Made by a program: the position numbers and the translations under genes
Origin: a virus
Direction: 5' to 3' (one strand)
Length of the DNA stretch: 64,000 nucleotides
Virus record (IMG/VR): IMGVR_UViG_3300039191_000223
Location: 1 to 64,000 of that record
Notes under the pieces: generated by a model
The model's database searches: none
Told to the model about the DNA's origin: nothing
The model's input: the letters and a program-made list of their open reading frames with translations, nothing else
In this document: one piece after another, positions 1 through 10,002 of the stretch
Numbering within the stretch: the stretch's first letter is position 1
How the letters are laid out: each line of letters opens with the position of its first letter

Positions 1-1
1 G

Positions 2-430
2 TTGCTACGTGGTGACTTCAACACGGTAGCGGGTTTGATGCAGGACCGTGAATACCTACAGTCTTTCCCTGAAGGCTCACTAGGCCATGCACTAGGACAG
101 TTGCAGCTACCCAACCTCTACGAGCTTCAGAAGAGCAGTACGCCGCTTCCTACAGCCTTTGTAACCATTCATGACCCGTTGCACGTCCTTACCGGCTACG
201 GGACTTCTGCGCACGATGAAGCCTGCTTGCAGGCGTTTAGCTTCCATCACCTGCCAGTACCGGCACCTCTGGTCATTGCGTTTGGCTACGCACTGTCTAA
301 TCCGCGTTCTATACCTGCCATCTACCGTGGTTACAAATGGGGAAAGCGCGTTAATTGGTTACTACTTGTAGATTGGACTAAATACCTTGGTAAGCAAGTA
401 GACCAAGTTAAGCGGGAGTTGGGTATATGA
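2..430 (+). CDS. Coq4-family protein (5' partial)
   Basis: HDPLHVLTGY...DE matches the Coq4 HDxxH-x11-E metal motif; open at window edge. Confidence 0.6.
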   Translation: MLRGDFNTVAGLMQDREYLQSFPEGSLGHALGQLQLPNLYELQKSSTPLPTAFVTIHDPLHVLTGYGTSAHDEACLQAFSFHHLPVPAPLVIAFGYALSNPRSIPAIYRGYKWGKRVNWLLLVDWTKYLGKQVDQVKRELGI

Positions 431-1128
431 AGTTAGGTGAAGAAGGCTGGACAATTACTAAGACTGGTCTATTTCGATTGGCAGTTAGAAAAGGTATTCC
501 GGCAGATTCATACATGCAGTTTGCTGGTGCTAGTGGCTCAGGCTTCGTCAATGGGATATGGAAACCCGGAACCGTAAAAGCTTGGTTTGGTACTGAAGGC
601 ACATGGTCTAGAAAGTTCACTTACCCAGATTCCGACCAACCATTAATGGAAGAGTGCGAACAGGACTTATCGCAATTGTTCCCTGCCGAAGCTTTCTGCA
701 CACTAGACCACATATACAACGACCTAACGTCCGTGGAATTCGACTATGACGCCAATGAAGTCAAGTGGGATTGGAACCCTAATCAAGTTCTGTCGCCTGC
801 TGTAGATGGCGTATTGAACAACCACGTACTCAAGTACCCCTTTGTGCAGACAACCAAAAAGCCTGCCGATATCGCGTGCCTCATCGTCAATGCAGATCCA
901 CAGGAGTTGCATACCATCTGGTCTTCAGCTGCTGTTTCGACGGAAGTGGAGTCAGTGACAGTACAGGCAGCAGCACATGATGTTTGGTTTGTATCCCTGT
1001 TCACCGATATGCAGACCACAGAAGGTAAGGCTATAGAGCGTGGCAAGTTCTACCGTATCACCAAGACCATTGAACTACAGCCGACAACAGAGCGGAACCT
1101 TTTAGTTGTTCTTAGTAAGGCAAACTGA
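427..1128 (+). CDS. hypothetical protein
   Basis: 233-aa ORF, ATGA overlap with upstream gene. Confidence 0.6.
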   Translation: MKLGEEGWTITKTGLFRLAVRKGIPADSYMQFAGASGSGFVNGIWKPGTVKAWFGTEGTWSRKFTYPDSDQPLMEECEQDLSQLFPAEAFCTLDHIYNDLTSVEFDYDANEVKWDWNPNQVLSPAVDGVLNNHVLKYPFVQTTKKPADIACLIVNADPQELHTIWSSAAVSTEVESVTVQAAAHDVWFVSLFTDMQTTEGKAIERGKFYRITKTIELQPTTERNLLVVLSKAN

Positions 1129-1167
1129 TTAACCGAAGTTTGTTTTGTTCGTTTAGTTGCGTCCTTC

Positions 1168-1175
1168 GATAAATA
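1168..1175 (+). promoter_or_regulatory. T4-late-like promoter GATAAATA
   Basis: Motif 23 nt before ATG 1199; recurs before many genes in the window. Confidence 0.6.
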
Positions 1176-1198
1176 CAAGAAAGAGGACGTAATAACCG

Positions 1199-1841
1199 AT
1201 GGCGCTAACCACAAGAACACTCACAGTAAACGCACAGTCTCCTGATGCTGCAAAGCTAAACCGGCTGTTAGTTGAAGCAGAACTAACCAATGCGGAATTT
1301 ACAACAGAAGGCTTGGTTGTTCCCAGCATCGTTAAGGCGTGGACTGACAGTGAAGGTGTAGCAACCCTTGAGCTATTTCCCCAATGAACTAGGCACACAA
1401 AGCAGCAAGTACACATTTCGTGCTGTTCGCTTTGTTGACAGTCAACGTGAAGTGCTTTGGACAGATACAGCAGAAATGCCTGATGGGGATACAAACCTAG
1501 ATCAGATCATCGGCACAAGTCCAAATGACCAGACCTTTGCAAGTGGTGCGGCCATATCTGCCGCATTGGCAACCACTAAAGCCGATGAAGCCGCAGACTC
1601 TGCAAGTTCCGCATCTGACAGTGCCGATACAGCAAGTACAGCCGCAGAAAGTATTGGCACATCAGTAGCTGATGCAGTAGCAGCCGCTTTAGCAGCTTCC
1701 GACAGTGCAGACGCAGCCGCTGAATCGGCAACCGCAGCTTCTGATAGTGCCGACGCCGCAAGTGCATCAGCCGTGGGCTTGAGTGATGCCGTAGACGCAG
1801 CGGCGGCATCCGCTTTAGCAGCTTCCGACAGTGAAGATGTA
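1199..1841 (+). pseudogene. tail-fibre N-terminal fragment, frameshifted at C4 run 1379-1382 and truncated
   Basis: ORFs 1199-1387 and 1368-1946 join as TDSEGVATLELFPNELGTQSSKY if one C is removed; Ala/Ser-rich repeats typical of side tail fibres follow. Confidence 0.6.
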
Positions 1842-2335
1842 GCTAGTACAGGTGCTAGATCTGCATCGACGTACAAGATGCGGTGGAATGAATTGGACGC
1901 CGCCAACCTTGCATGGAATATCCCGGATGAACAGATGAACAGATGAAGGGGGGCAAGCCATTCCGTGTACCTCTTTCACAGACCCTGATTGACTTTCTAT
2001 CACCGATAAAGCGCAACCATGAGCCAGTATTTAAGAACCCAAAGGGACTGATGCTTAGTGATGCAGCGTTCCTCACAGCCCTAAAGCGTATGGACTGGCA
2101 TTCAAGGACTGTCGTGCATGGCCTACGTTCCACTATGCGCACATACCTTGGTGAAAACACCAACTACCCGGTAGACATACTAGAGGCGACGCTATCTCAT
2201 TCTGTGGGTATGAGACAGTCCGAAATACAACGGGCCTACAACCATGGTCCAATGTTCGAACGCAGACGAGAAGTGATGCAGGTATGGTGGGACTACCTAG
2301 AGGCAGATAAGGTGTTGCCATTGATGCAACGGTAA
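1842..2335 (+). pseudogene. tyrosine integrase catalytic-domain fragment (P4-like)
   Basis: TGARxxxxxMRW, IPxxxMK, VPLS, HGLR, LSH and RAY motifs; no N-terminal domains; 8-nt duplication at 1926-1941 breaks the frame. Confidence 0.8.
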
Positions 2336-2364
2336 CACCTACACCCCCAGAGCCCCGGACGGCA

Positions 2365-2550
2365 TCAGCTTTCCGGGGTTTGTTTTCTTTGGTTCATCAA
2401 TACCTGCACAGCCTCTGCTGCTAACAGAGATGCACGCGCCAGTGCGTCCGGGTCTACCTCTACACCCTGTACGGTTGCGCCGCACTGTAGCTCTACAGCG
2501 CCTCTGACAATCATTGCGATTGTCTCGCGTTCTTCGTCTTTGGTCATCAA
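2365..2550 (-). CDS. small hypothetical protein beside the integrase remnant
   Basis: 61-aa ORF convergent on the integrase; may be 5'-truncated. Confidence 0.35.
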   Translation of the reverse strand: MMTKDEERETIAMIVRGAVELQCGATVQGVEVDPDALARASLLAAEAVQVLMNQRKQTPES

Positions 2551-2564
2551 GGCTAAATATTATC

Positions 2565-2936
2565 ATGGCTGAAAAACTATCCAATTTATCCAGAGTTCTA
2601 TTCGACAAGAAAACCGGTGAGTTTCTTGTAGGGAACGATATTGCATATGATGGTCAGACTGTCATATTTCAATATGTGCAGTCAACACCGTCTGGGACTT
2701 GGCTTATCAGCCTACCATTTGAATCCAGAACAGCACTTACATTTGTTTTTGAAGATAATCTGGATGGTACATATACAGAGGTCAAGCCCGAAATAACATT
2801 TATCGCACAAACACAGGTAGAGATTAAATTCAATACACCAGTACAGGGTGTGGCTAACATACTACTGGCGACAGAGGTTATCACCACAGTTCCTGCAACG
2901 CCATCGATAACTCCATCCACAACACCGGTTATCTAA
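2565..2936 (+). CDS. hypothetical protein (probably structural)
   Basis: Start reassigned to MAEKLS just after CTAAATA. Confidence 0.55.
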   Translation: MAEKLSNLSRVLFDKKTGEFLVGNDIAYDGQTVIFQYVQSTPSGTWLISLPFESRTALTFVFEDNLDGTYTEVKPEITFIAQTQVEIKFNTPVQGVANILLATEVITTVPATPSITPSTTPVI

Positions 2937-2997
2937 TAAGCTAAAAATTATAACGCTGTTTCACCACCATAAATAACCATGTTATAGGAGCAATGGT

Positions 2998-3432
2998 ATG
3001 AGCAAGAAGTTTCCATTAGTTGTTGAACCACACCCAGCAGATTATCATGGGTATGAATTTCTTACACTTATTCGGTTTAATGATGAGAGTTCGTTGAATA
3101 TCGTAGATAATGTGTCAAAGAAATACATTCATACATATGTAATTGATCTATGCGGCCCGGAAGGATTTGATGAAGAAACCCTTATCGACGTTGCAAATGA
3201 ATGGTATCACAGTAATGGTGATCAATACCCAATCTCCGTAGAATTTTCACGAAGAAATATGATTGAACAGGCATCAAGTATCTTACGTGCATACCCACTA
3301 GATTATGTAACACGAGTTATTGGTCCCCTACCATATTTTGATATGAGTGGTCCCATCAAAGTTAGAAAGAGAAAGAGAAAGGAAATTTCGCCGGGAGTCG
3401 AGATAGTACGAAAGCGTCTTAAACAGAGTTGA
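2998..3432 (+). CDS. hypothetical protein
   Basis: 144 aa, AGGAG RBS, CATAAATA at 2968-2975. Confidence 0.7.
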   Translation: MSKKFPLVVEPHPADYHGYEFLTLIRFNDESSLNIVDNVSKKYIHTYVIDLCGPEGFDEETLIDVANEWYHSNGDQYPISVEFSRRNMIEQASSILRAYPLDYVTRVIGPLPYFDMSGPIKVRKRKRKEISPGVEIVRKRLKQS

Positions 3433-3775
3433 CATATTTAAAGGATTCGAACTTTTTCCATTCATTTCGGTCTCTAATATAACGATCAGTTAGCTCTTCG
3501 CCACGATCAGTAAGACGACCATCCTGTATGAGGTTATCTGAGGTTAATACCTCTTTACCCAACGGTGTCAATTCAGCTTGCTTCAAAGTATTGTTTACGC
3601 GAATATACCCGGCACGTATTAGTTCTTTAGAAGCAGCGGTTGCATTACGCGAACCACTTGTAAGATCATACGCCATTTCAGGTGTGGCTGCAATTTCGAT
3701 TGAAGCAATAATAGCCTTCTGGGTATTATCCAGATTCAATCGTTTTTCATGTAAAATAGCGCTTAATGGTCTCAT
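3419..3775 (-). CDS. hypothetical protein, possible wHTH
   Basis: ELIRAGYI...AELTPLGKE pattern. Confidence 0.55.
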   Translation of the reverse strand: MRPLSAILHEKRLNLDNTQKAIIASIEIAATPEMAYDLTSGSRNATAASKELIRAGYIRVNNTLKQAELTPLGKEVLTSDNLIQDGRLTDRGEELTDRYIRDRNEWKKFESFKYVNSV

Positions 3776-4341
3776 AGTCTACCTTGTTTAACTAAGTGTA
3801 GTTGCAGTACAATTATAAGAGCATATGGAATGGCGTGTGCTTTACGGATATCCACATGGGTTCTTTTTGTAAACAACTCTGTCCTGAACTTATCAGGGTC
3901 TTGTAAGTATTTATTCAAAAGTGGACGTTTGTGGGGACGAATTAGTGCAAGCACATCTGCCAGAACTTGAACGGAGCGAGGTTTAACTTGTTTTACAACG
4001 TCGAAGTGCTTACCAAGATGAAAAAGCTTCTTGACAACTTTTTCGTCTTCCAGAAGGGACCAATCCGGTTCTTGCTCCTGAAGTTGTAACATTTCATCCT
4101 TAGAATCGAATTGTTTTAATACGTTTACAGTAAGCATATCTATTTTATAGTAACCGAAATCTTCTGCATGGTTATATGGAATAGCAGCGTATCCTGTAAC
4201 AGAATCTACTGGAATATCCTGAAAGTATATACCCACAGGATGCTCTTGTATTACATTTTCTTCCACTCTCGATGCTCTAACAGCCCTACGAAATAAAGAC
4301 TCAACGTCCACACCGGGGGCAAGGTCAATATCAATATCCAT
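3772..4341 (-). CDS. DnaE-like DNA polymerase III alpha, catalytic-Asp fragment
   Basis: MDIDIDL (PDIDxD), HPVG, GYYKIDML (third Asp), ALIRP, KAHAIPYA motifs. Confidence 0.8.
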   Translation of the reverse strand: MDIDIDLAPGVDVESLFRRAVRASRVEENVIQEHPVGIYFQDIPVDSVTGYAAIPYNHAEDFGYYKIDMLTVNVLKQFDSKDEMLQLQEQEPDWSLLEDEKVVKKLFHLGKHFDVVKQVKPRSVQVLADVLALIRPHKRPLLNKYLQDPDKFRTELFTKRTHVDIRKAHAIPYALIIVLQLHLVKQGRL

Positions 4342-5062
4342 CTAGTTCTTCTTGTAGTTTACGTGGCAGTGCCTCTCTGGACGCTATTGTACCACTCTCA
4401 GCAAGTCTTTGATAGCTCTCATACGCCTTAGTAACTTTTGCATAGCAACGAATCAACTCTCCATGGTTTTGTACAATTTTGCTGGCTTCCTGCTGCGTAT
4501 CAATACCATCTTCTTCGATAAGCGGAAAAATCGTGCCTTGTCCAGATAGATAATCGATAGCCTGATTCAGGCGCTCCATATATGCCACACTAAGTGATGG
4601 ATGGGGTGATATTTCTTCAATCTTTGCTATATAAACACCATACAACGCATCCCGCACGGCTTGAATCCGGTCGTCTTCAGATAATGTCACAGAGTTCTCC
4701 TGCTCAACAACTCCATCCTCCTTCTCCATAATCTCATATCCGTGTTCATTCAAAACATCTTCAACGAGAGCCTTGACTAATTCGCGATCCACTGAATACT
4801 CATCGTACTTGATCCCAATAAAATCGTGGTCCGTTCTAACTTCCCGTGGCTTTTCGTCATTCAATTTCCGTAGAATCTCCTTGGCTTCGACTTCAGTATG
4901 ATTGGTTTTTGTTACATCACGTACCTGCTTACGCCATTCCTTCCACGCCTCAACGCATTCGGACGAAAGGCCGGAATCACGCAACTGCGTCCAGTTCGAC
5001 CGAGAGAGAAACATATTTCTAGCTTTTGTAATGCTATCCCAAGTAAGTTTCGTATCTTTCAT
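4331..5062 (-). CDS. tail fibre assembly chaperone-like protein
   Basis: RNMFLSRSNWTQLRD...WKEWRKQVRD resembles Caudo_TAP motif; start reassigned to MKDTK. Confidence 0.55.
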   Translation of the reverse strand: MKDTKLTWDSITKARNMFLSRSNWTQLRDSGLSSECVEAWKEWRKQVRDVTKTNHTEVEAKEILRKLNDEKPREVRTDHDFIGIKYDEYSVDRELVKALVEDVLNEHGYEIMEKEDGVVEQENSVTLSEDDRIQAVRDALYGVYIAKIEEISPHPSLSVAYMERLNQAIDYLSGQGTIFPLIEEDGIDTQQEASKIVQNHGELIRCYAKVTKAYESYQRLAESGTIASREALPRKLQEELDGY

Positions 5063-5109
5063 GTTTATTATGCCTCTATGATAAATATTGAAAAGCGGAG
5101 AGTAAAACT

Positions 5110-6390
5110 GTGGCAACACCTACCAAAACAGTTCCCTATACACTATATTTACCAGAAAATATAGCTTCTGAAACTTCTGGCATACCGATTGCCAATAAAG
5201 CTGAAGTTCAAATCGGTGGCCTTGTTTTCACGGGGAAGAACCGTATTGAGTATGGTCAATACCGAAACCAAAATTTCCTAAGTCTTCTAGCTAACTTTTC
5301 TAGCCCAGAAGGCACTACACCGGGTGAGCCCGATTCTGATGTTATTTCTAGTCCACTTGTTGGACAAACATGGTACAATCAAACCGATGGTGCATTGTAT
5401 ATTTACACGGGCTCGTGGGTAACACTTGCCAGTACTATTGCATTGAATGCTGATGCTATAACCGTTTCCCCAACAGTCAATGGTCAATCAAATGTGCAAG
5501 CATCACTGACTGACCTAAACACTCGAACCAATACAAATGCCACCAATCTGTCTGACCACATCAATGCAAACCCTGCGCACGCGGCTGCAAATATTAATGT
5601 GTCCCCAGTAGTAAGCGGCGGAAGTAACGTGCAAACCGCACTACAAGGGTTAGAGACAGCCATTGGTGCAATTACTGCAAGTGATGTTGATTTTGCACCA
5701 TATATTAGCATCGGTTCAACAAATGTGCAAGCTGCAATTCAAGAACTTAAGGATGAACTAGACGCTGTATCGGGAGCGGGAGTTACAGCTTCGGCAGTTT
5801 CGGTATCGCCAACAGTCAATGGTCAATCAAATGTGCAAGCATCACTGACTGACCTAAACACTCGAACCAATACAAATGCCACCAATCTTTCTAATCACAT
5901 CAGTGCTAGCCCTGCGCACGCGGCTGCAAATATTAATGTGTCGCCAGTAGTAAGCGGCGGAAACAACGTGCAAACCGCACTACAGGGGTTAGAGGCAGCT
6001 ATTGGCGCAGGTAGTGGTGTTAGCGAAACTGGAACCTCTTCGGGGTTCACACCAAACGCAGGTACAACTATAACTCGTTCGAACCCATTGGCAAGCGCAC
6101 CCGATATAATGCAAGTGGTGCTTGTATGTCAGGTTCCAGAACTCGGCTTTCTTGCCGGAGATATTGTCGTCCTAAACCCACAGGGCGTTGACCGTGACGA
6201 ATCTAGTGGGCCGGGAAAGACAGGCAACTTGCTAGCATACCGTTTAAGCACAAACCAAATTCGTGTATCGCTACAGCATCACAAAAACTCGCAAATTGCA
6301 ATTGCGCCATATAGTGGCGTTGGCTATAACAACCTTCAACAAATCACTCCTGCAAATTGGCAGGGTTTTGTAAAAGCAATCAGATTCTAA
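5110..6390 (+). CDS. tail fibre/baseplate-type structural protein with internal duplication
   Basis: GKN..EYG...QNFLSLLANFS, PLVGQTWY motifs; NVQAAL-type repeats; GATAAATA at 5080-5087. Confidence 0.7.
   Translation: MATPTKTVPYTLYLPENIASETSGIPIANKAEVQIGGLVFTGKNRIEYGQYRNQNFLSLLANFSSPEGTTPGEPDSDVISSPLVGQTWYNQTDGALYIYTGSWVTLASTIALNADAITVSPTVNGQSNVQASLTDLNTRTNTNATNLSDHINANPAHAAANINVSPVVSGGSNVQTALQGLETAIGAITASDVDFAPYISIGSTNVQAAIQELKDELDAVSGAGVTASAVSVSPTVNGQSNVQASLTDLNTRTNTNATNLSNHISASPAHAAANINVSPVVSGGNNVQTALQGLEAAIGAGSGVSETGTSSGFTPNAGTTITRSNPLASAPDIMQVVLVCQVPELGFLAGDIVVLNPQGVDRDESSGPGKTGNLLAYRLSTNQIRVSLQHHKNSQIAIAPYSGVGYNNLQQITPANWQGFVKAIRF
5470..6009 (+). repeat. ~200-bp near-identical direct repeat (5470-5670 and 5809-6009)
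   Basis: ccaacagtcaatggtcaatcaaatgtgcaagcatcactgactgacc... occurs twice, 339 nt apart. Confidence 0.9.
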
Positions 6391-6399
6391 GAGGATAAG

Positions 6400-6936
6400 A
6401 TGAATAAACTTTTTGCACTAGAGCTTCTAGGCTTTGAAAATACAGTTGATTTTGAAGTGTTTATCGATGGCTCATTTGAGTGGCTATCCAGCGATGTGAT
6501 GCCAACTGAAAGTGAAATGCAGCAGGCGTGGGATAATCACGCAACTGCACAAGTACCTATCGAACTTGGAAGAAAAAGAATCCAGTCCCTAGATATAGCG
6601 GATGATATGGCTGAACGCAAACGCGCAGAGTATGTTACTATGGGCTCCGGGCAAGCTATGGCATATGAGCAGAAATTTACAGAAGCTCAAACGTTTTTAA
6701 GTGTCGGTGGTGATGTGAACAATTATCCATTTATTAGCATGGAGTCCACAGCGCGTGGTATTGATCCGACAGACTTCGCCAACATTGTTATTCAAAAGCG
6801 AAATGGGTGGGCTCAAATTGGAGCCCAGATCGAAGCACTCCGCTACACAGTTAAGGAAAATATCAAAGTAGCTGCTAATGCTTCCACAATAGCTAGTATA
6901 CTAGAAAGTTATCAAGATAATCTGGATGCACTTTAA
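6400..6936 (+). CDS. tail fibre accessory/chaperone protein
   Basis: GQAMAYEQKFTEA..YPFI..E..ARG motif; follows fibre gene. Confidence 0.6.
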   Translation: MNKLFALELLGFENTVDFEVFIDGSFEWLSSDVMPTESEMQQAWDNHATAQVPIELGRKRIQSLDIADDMAERKRAEYVTMGSGQAMAYEQKFTEAQTFLSVGGDVNNYPFISMESTARGIDPTDFANIVIQKRNGWAQIGAQIEALRYTVKENIKVAANASTIASILESYQDNLDAL

Positions 6937-7610
6937 AGCCCTAGTGCTCGCACATTCTTCTTGATTCGGATTACACGCTCGGGTTCTTGCTCGAACTTTA
7001 CACGCCACTTATCAGGGTTGACATATTTTTTCAAAAGTATCTGCTGTTCGCGTGTCATTTCATTTTGCATGAACCACATGAATTTGCTCGAAAACAACAA
7101 GAACCATGGAGACAGTTTCTTAGCCTGAACTACGCGAATCAATGCAGAAGGTTCGATATGAAGAAATACTTCTGCCGGTTCACAATCAAAGATTCTGGAT
7201 AGTTCAGTTATAGTTTCTACACTAATCTGCGTTTGCGCTTCAGGGTCGTGTAGCTCATCAAAGTGATCCATATAATGGTCGTACACAATACGCTGACACC
7301 AATCCTTCGGATGAATATCCAGACTAACCATGTGCTCAATAAATTTGTCTATACCCGGTATTGCCATCTTCCTTGAAAACTTGACGAAGTTAAAGAATGA
7401 AGTGAAAAACTTCGAGTCGATAAATTGTTCCTTGGAGTAAACCCGATGCTTTTTTTGCTTCTGCCAACGACAATAATAGTCGTATGCAGTCATACCATTT
7501 GGTGAGCGTAATAACCTCGTCCGCAACATCTGGCGGCATTCATGTTTCTTGAAGCTTGCCTCTCTGACAAACTTCTTTAAACAGTATTCACATTCAAGGT
7601 ATCCATTCAT
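6933..7610 (-). CDS. hypothetical protein with N-terminal zinc finger
   Basis: CEYC...HEC. Confidence 0.65.
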   Translation of the reverse strand: MNGYLECEYCLKKFVREASFKKHECRQMLRTRLLRSPNGMTAYDYYCRWQKQKKHRVYSKEQFIDSKFFTSFFNFVKFSRKMAIPGIDKFIEHMVSLDIHPKDWCQRIVYDHYMDHFDELHDPEAQTQISVETITELSRIFDCEPAEVFLHIEPSALIRVVQAKKLSPWFLLFSSKFMWFMQNEMTREQQILLKKYVNPDKWRVKFEQEPERVIRIKKNVRALGL

Positions 7611-8071
7611 TTAAATTCTTTCTTGATTTTTTTGAGAGTGTCATCTTGCTCTCCAAGTTCAAAAGCAATCTCTTCAATGTCCTCGTATTCTAACAGAGGA
7701 ACATAGCTCAATGCAATCTCTTTGCTGCACTGGTAGTATCGTACAAGTAGATCAACGGTTGTTGAATACACTTTTCCTTTGCCGTTCTTCTTAATCCAGT
7801 TATACCGTTTCTTCTTACCATCACTGGATATACATGCCAAGTAAAAGAACAGTTCCCTATGATCAGTCATCGATATGTCGAAAAGATAGCGATTCATGAA
7901 CATATTAACTTTTTGAAGTTGAAGCTTAGACTTACAGCCACTCATCCAGAGCATCAACGTATATGGTGCGAGTGATTTTTTCTGCGCATCATTGAGTTCA
8001 CGAAAGTAGGCCAGATCAAACTGATCTACTTTTGTCAACACCTCAAAAATGTCAACTTTGTTTTCACTCAT
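7607..8071 (-). CDS. clamp loader small subunit (gp62-like)
   Basis: PYTLMLWMS, KRYNWIKK, YYQCS..A..Y; near gp44. Confidence 0.65.
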   Translation of the reverse strand: MSENKVDIFEVLTKVDQFDLAYFRELNDAQKKSLAPYTLMLWMSGCKSKLQLQKVNMFMNRYLFDISMTDHRELFFYLACISSDGKKKRYNWIKKNGKGKVYSTTVDLLVRYYQCSKEIALSYVPLLEYEDIEEIAFELGEQDDTLKKIKKEFK

Positions 8072-8372
8072 TAATCTTGAGTTTCTTGTTGCAGAACTTG
8101 CACTGAATATGGTCGCCCTTATGAACCAGAGTTCTGGCAGGATGGACGCATTCGTGAACCATTTTGGATCGAAGATCGGTAATCTCGTCTAGAATAGGTT
8201 GCTTTTTCAAGACGGTATCAAGAGCTTCTTGGTTCAGAGGCTCAAGCTCTCCCAGAAGGTCTTCCATCTTTTTTTCTTTACGACGCCATGCTAACCGCAT
8301 ATTCTTGTCTGCTTCTTTTGAGGCAGCTTCAATCTGATGTTGTACAGTTTCATCATCTATTACTTTAGTCAT
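8064..8372 (-). CDS. hypothetical protein
   Basis: 102 aa; CxH and CxxC. Confidence 0.6.
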   Translation of the reverse strand: MTKVIDDETVQHQIEAASKEADKNMRLAWRRKEKKMEDLLGELEPLNQEALDTVLKKQPILDEITDLRSKMVHECVHPARTLVHKGDHIQCKFCNKKLKINE

Positions 8373-9310
8373 TCTACTACTCCTGATAATTTAATCATAA
8401 ACGCACTGAAATTTATTTCTGGATCGGCTACCTGACCATGGAAGCGAAGATGCTCCGCAATCAAAATAATACCCTTCATCCAATTCTTAGTGTTCCCATC
8501 AAATCCTTCGACCTGATCTAGGTTGTCATAGAAGAACCGATAGATATCTTCCCATTCATCATTCTCGACACTCTGGACAATACCTTCACGAACATCCAAC
8601 CACTTACCTTTGTTGAGTTGTTCGATCATTCCTACTAGAGCCTTGTCCTTATCGGTTGATTCGAATGCTTCGTAGAGTACACCATCACGAACGTTTCCTT
8701 CCATATTCATGAGTAGCTTACGCATATCAGGATATGCATCCTCAACATAATCTTTTAAAATCTGAACATCTTTTTCATGAAGCTTCACACCTTCCTTTTT
8801 CAGGATGCTATATGCATGGACTGCCATACCTTCCTTATCGAATTCATTGAAGGTGAATTCTTTGCAGCGAGACTTCAACTCAGGTATGATCTTGTGTGGC
8901 TTATTACATGTCAGAATGAAACGCACTGAATCAGAAAACTCTTCCATCATTCTGCGAAGTGCAGCTTGTGCATTCTGTGTTAGATAATCTGCTTCATCCA
9001 GAAAGACAATCTTGAAGTCTCCCATAGGCATTGTCTGGGCAAACCCCTTGACACTATTGCGCACCGTATCTACACTATTATCATCAGACGCATTGATGAC
9101 TTTAAAGTCTGCATCTGGAATATCTAGTTCTGTCTTCAAGATAAAGGCTAAGGTAGTTTTACCTGTTCCACGATGACCTTTCAGCAATAGATGAGGAATA
9201 GATTTATCCTCAATGTATTGTTCAAATGCTTTCTGGTGAGCTTCGCTCTGGAACAAGAATCCGTCGAGAGTACTTGGGCGATATTTTTCAACCCAAAGCT
9301 TCTTTGGCAT
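8369..9310 (-). CDS. clamp loader AAA+ subunit (gp44/RFC-like)
   Basis: WVEKYRP, GTGKTT, NASD, DEAD, SRC. Confidence 0.95.
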   Translation of the reverse strand: MPKKLWVEKYRPSTLDGFLFQSEAHQKAFEQYIEDKSIPHLLLKGHRGTGKTTLAFILKTELDIPDADFKVINASDDNSVDTVRNSVKGFAQTMPMGDFKIVFLDEADYLTQNAQAALRRMMEEFSDSVRFILTCNKPHKIIPELKSRCKEFTFNEFDKEGMAVHAYSILKKEGVKLHEKDVQILKDYVEDAYPDMRKLLMNMEGNVRDGVLYEAFESTDKDKALVGMIEQLNKGKWLDVREGIVQSVENDEWEDIYRFFYDNLDQVEGFDGNTKNWMKGIILIAEHLRFHGQVADPEINFSAFMIKLSGVVE

Positions 9311-9364
9311 ATTTGTTATCCTTGTTGTTTAGGCGAAGGATTATACGTTATTGTAAGGAAGAAA

Positions 9365-9988
9365 TCAAGAGTATTCTTCTAGTCTACATAGCATTTGATC
9401 GACTTCGGCTCTAAGACCAGTTGAAATAATTCTATCCTCGATTTCTGTGTAAGAATAGTTGTGCTTCTTTGCATTGCTTTTCGTATTAACGACTTCTGAG
9501 AAAGGTTTCATTTCCCTGCCTAGAAACGTGGATATCCTGTCTATATTAATGTCGTGAAGTGGAACTACCAATTTATTAATGGTTGATTCTATGATCATAT
9601 TATGCCATGTGATCCAATAGCGAGTAAAAAAATCTACATAGTTTTGGCCGGGTTGATGCTGCAAATATTTTGCTATGTACTGCAAACTTTTACATTCTTC
9701 AATTACTTGACCAAGGTCAAGAAAGGATTTCACTACAAGAACCGGATCGCGCCAAACATGGAGAGCTATCAAGTTTGGATTGCACTCTTCGATTCGTGCA
9801 AGTTGTGGGGCAACGAACCATGAGCTTTCAGCTTGCCATGTAGTATCTCTAATCACCAAACCATAGTCATCGTTTCTCCAGTTACATACCTGCTCATGAC
9901 CACACGCGATTCCGTTATGTCGGAGCAAATGAGACATGTAACCCGTGCCACCTCGGCCCGTACCAACCACCACATAGTCCATCAACAC
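9365..9988 (-). CDS. sulfotransferase-like protein
   Basis: GTGRGGT PAPS loop, CGHE, RDP...S. Confidence 0.65.
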   Translation of the reverse strand: MLMDYVVVGTGRGGTGYMSHLLRHNGIACGHEQVCNWRNDDYGLVIRDTTWQAESSWFVAPQLARIEECNPNLIALHVWRDPVLVVKSFLDLGQVIEECKSLQYIAKYLQHQPGQNYVDFFTRYWITWHNMIIESTINKLVVPLHDINIDRISTFLGREMKPFSEVVNTKSNAKKHNYSYTEIEDRIISTGLRAEVDQMLCRLEEYS

Positions 9989-10002
9989 GTCTCCATTAGG
10001 TA

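Noticed and set aside
1376-1387. Programmed +1 frameshift at TTT-CCC-C
   Set aside because: Cannot be distinguished from the other homopolymer indels, and the downstream gene is truncated anyway.
1842-2335. Evidence of a temperate lifestyle
   Set aside because: The integrase is a frameshifted fragment without N-terminal domains; no repressor or att site was seen.
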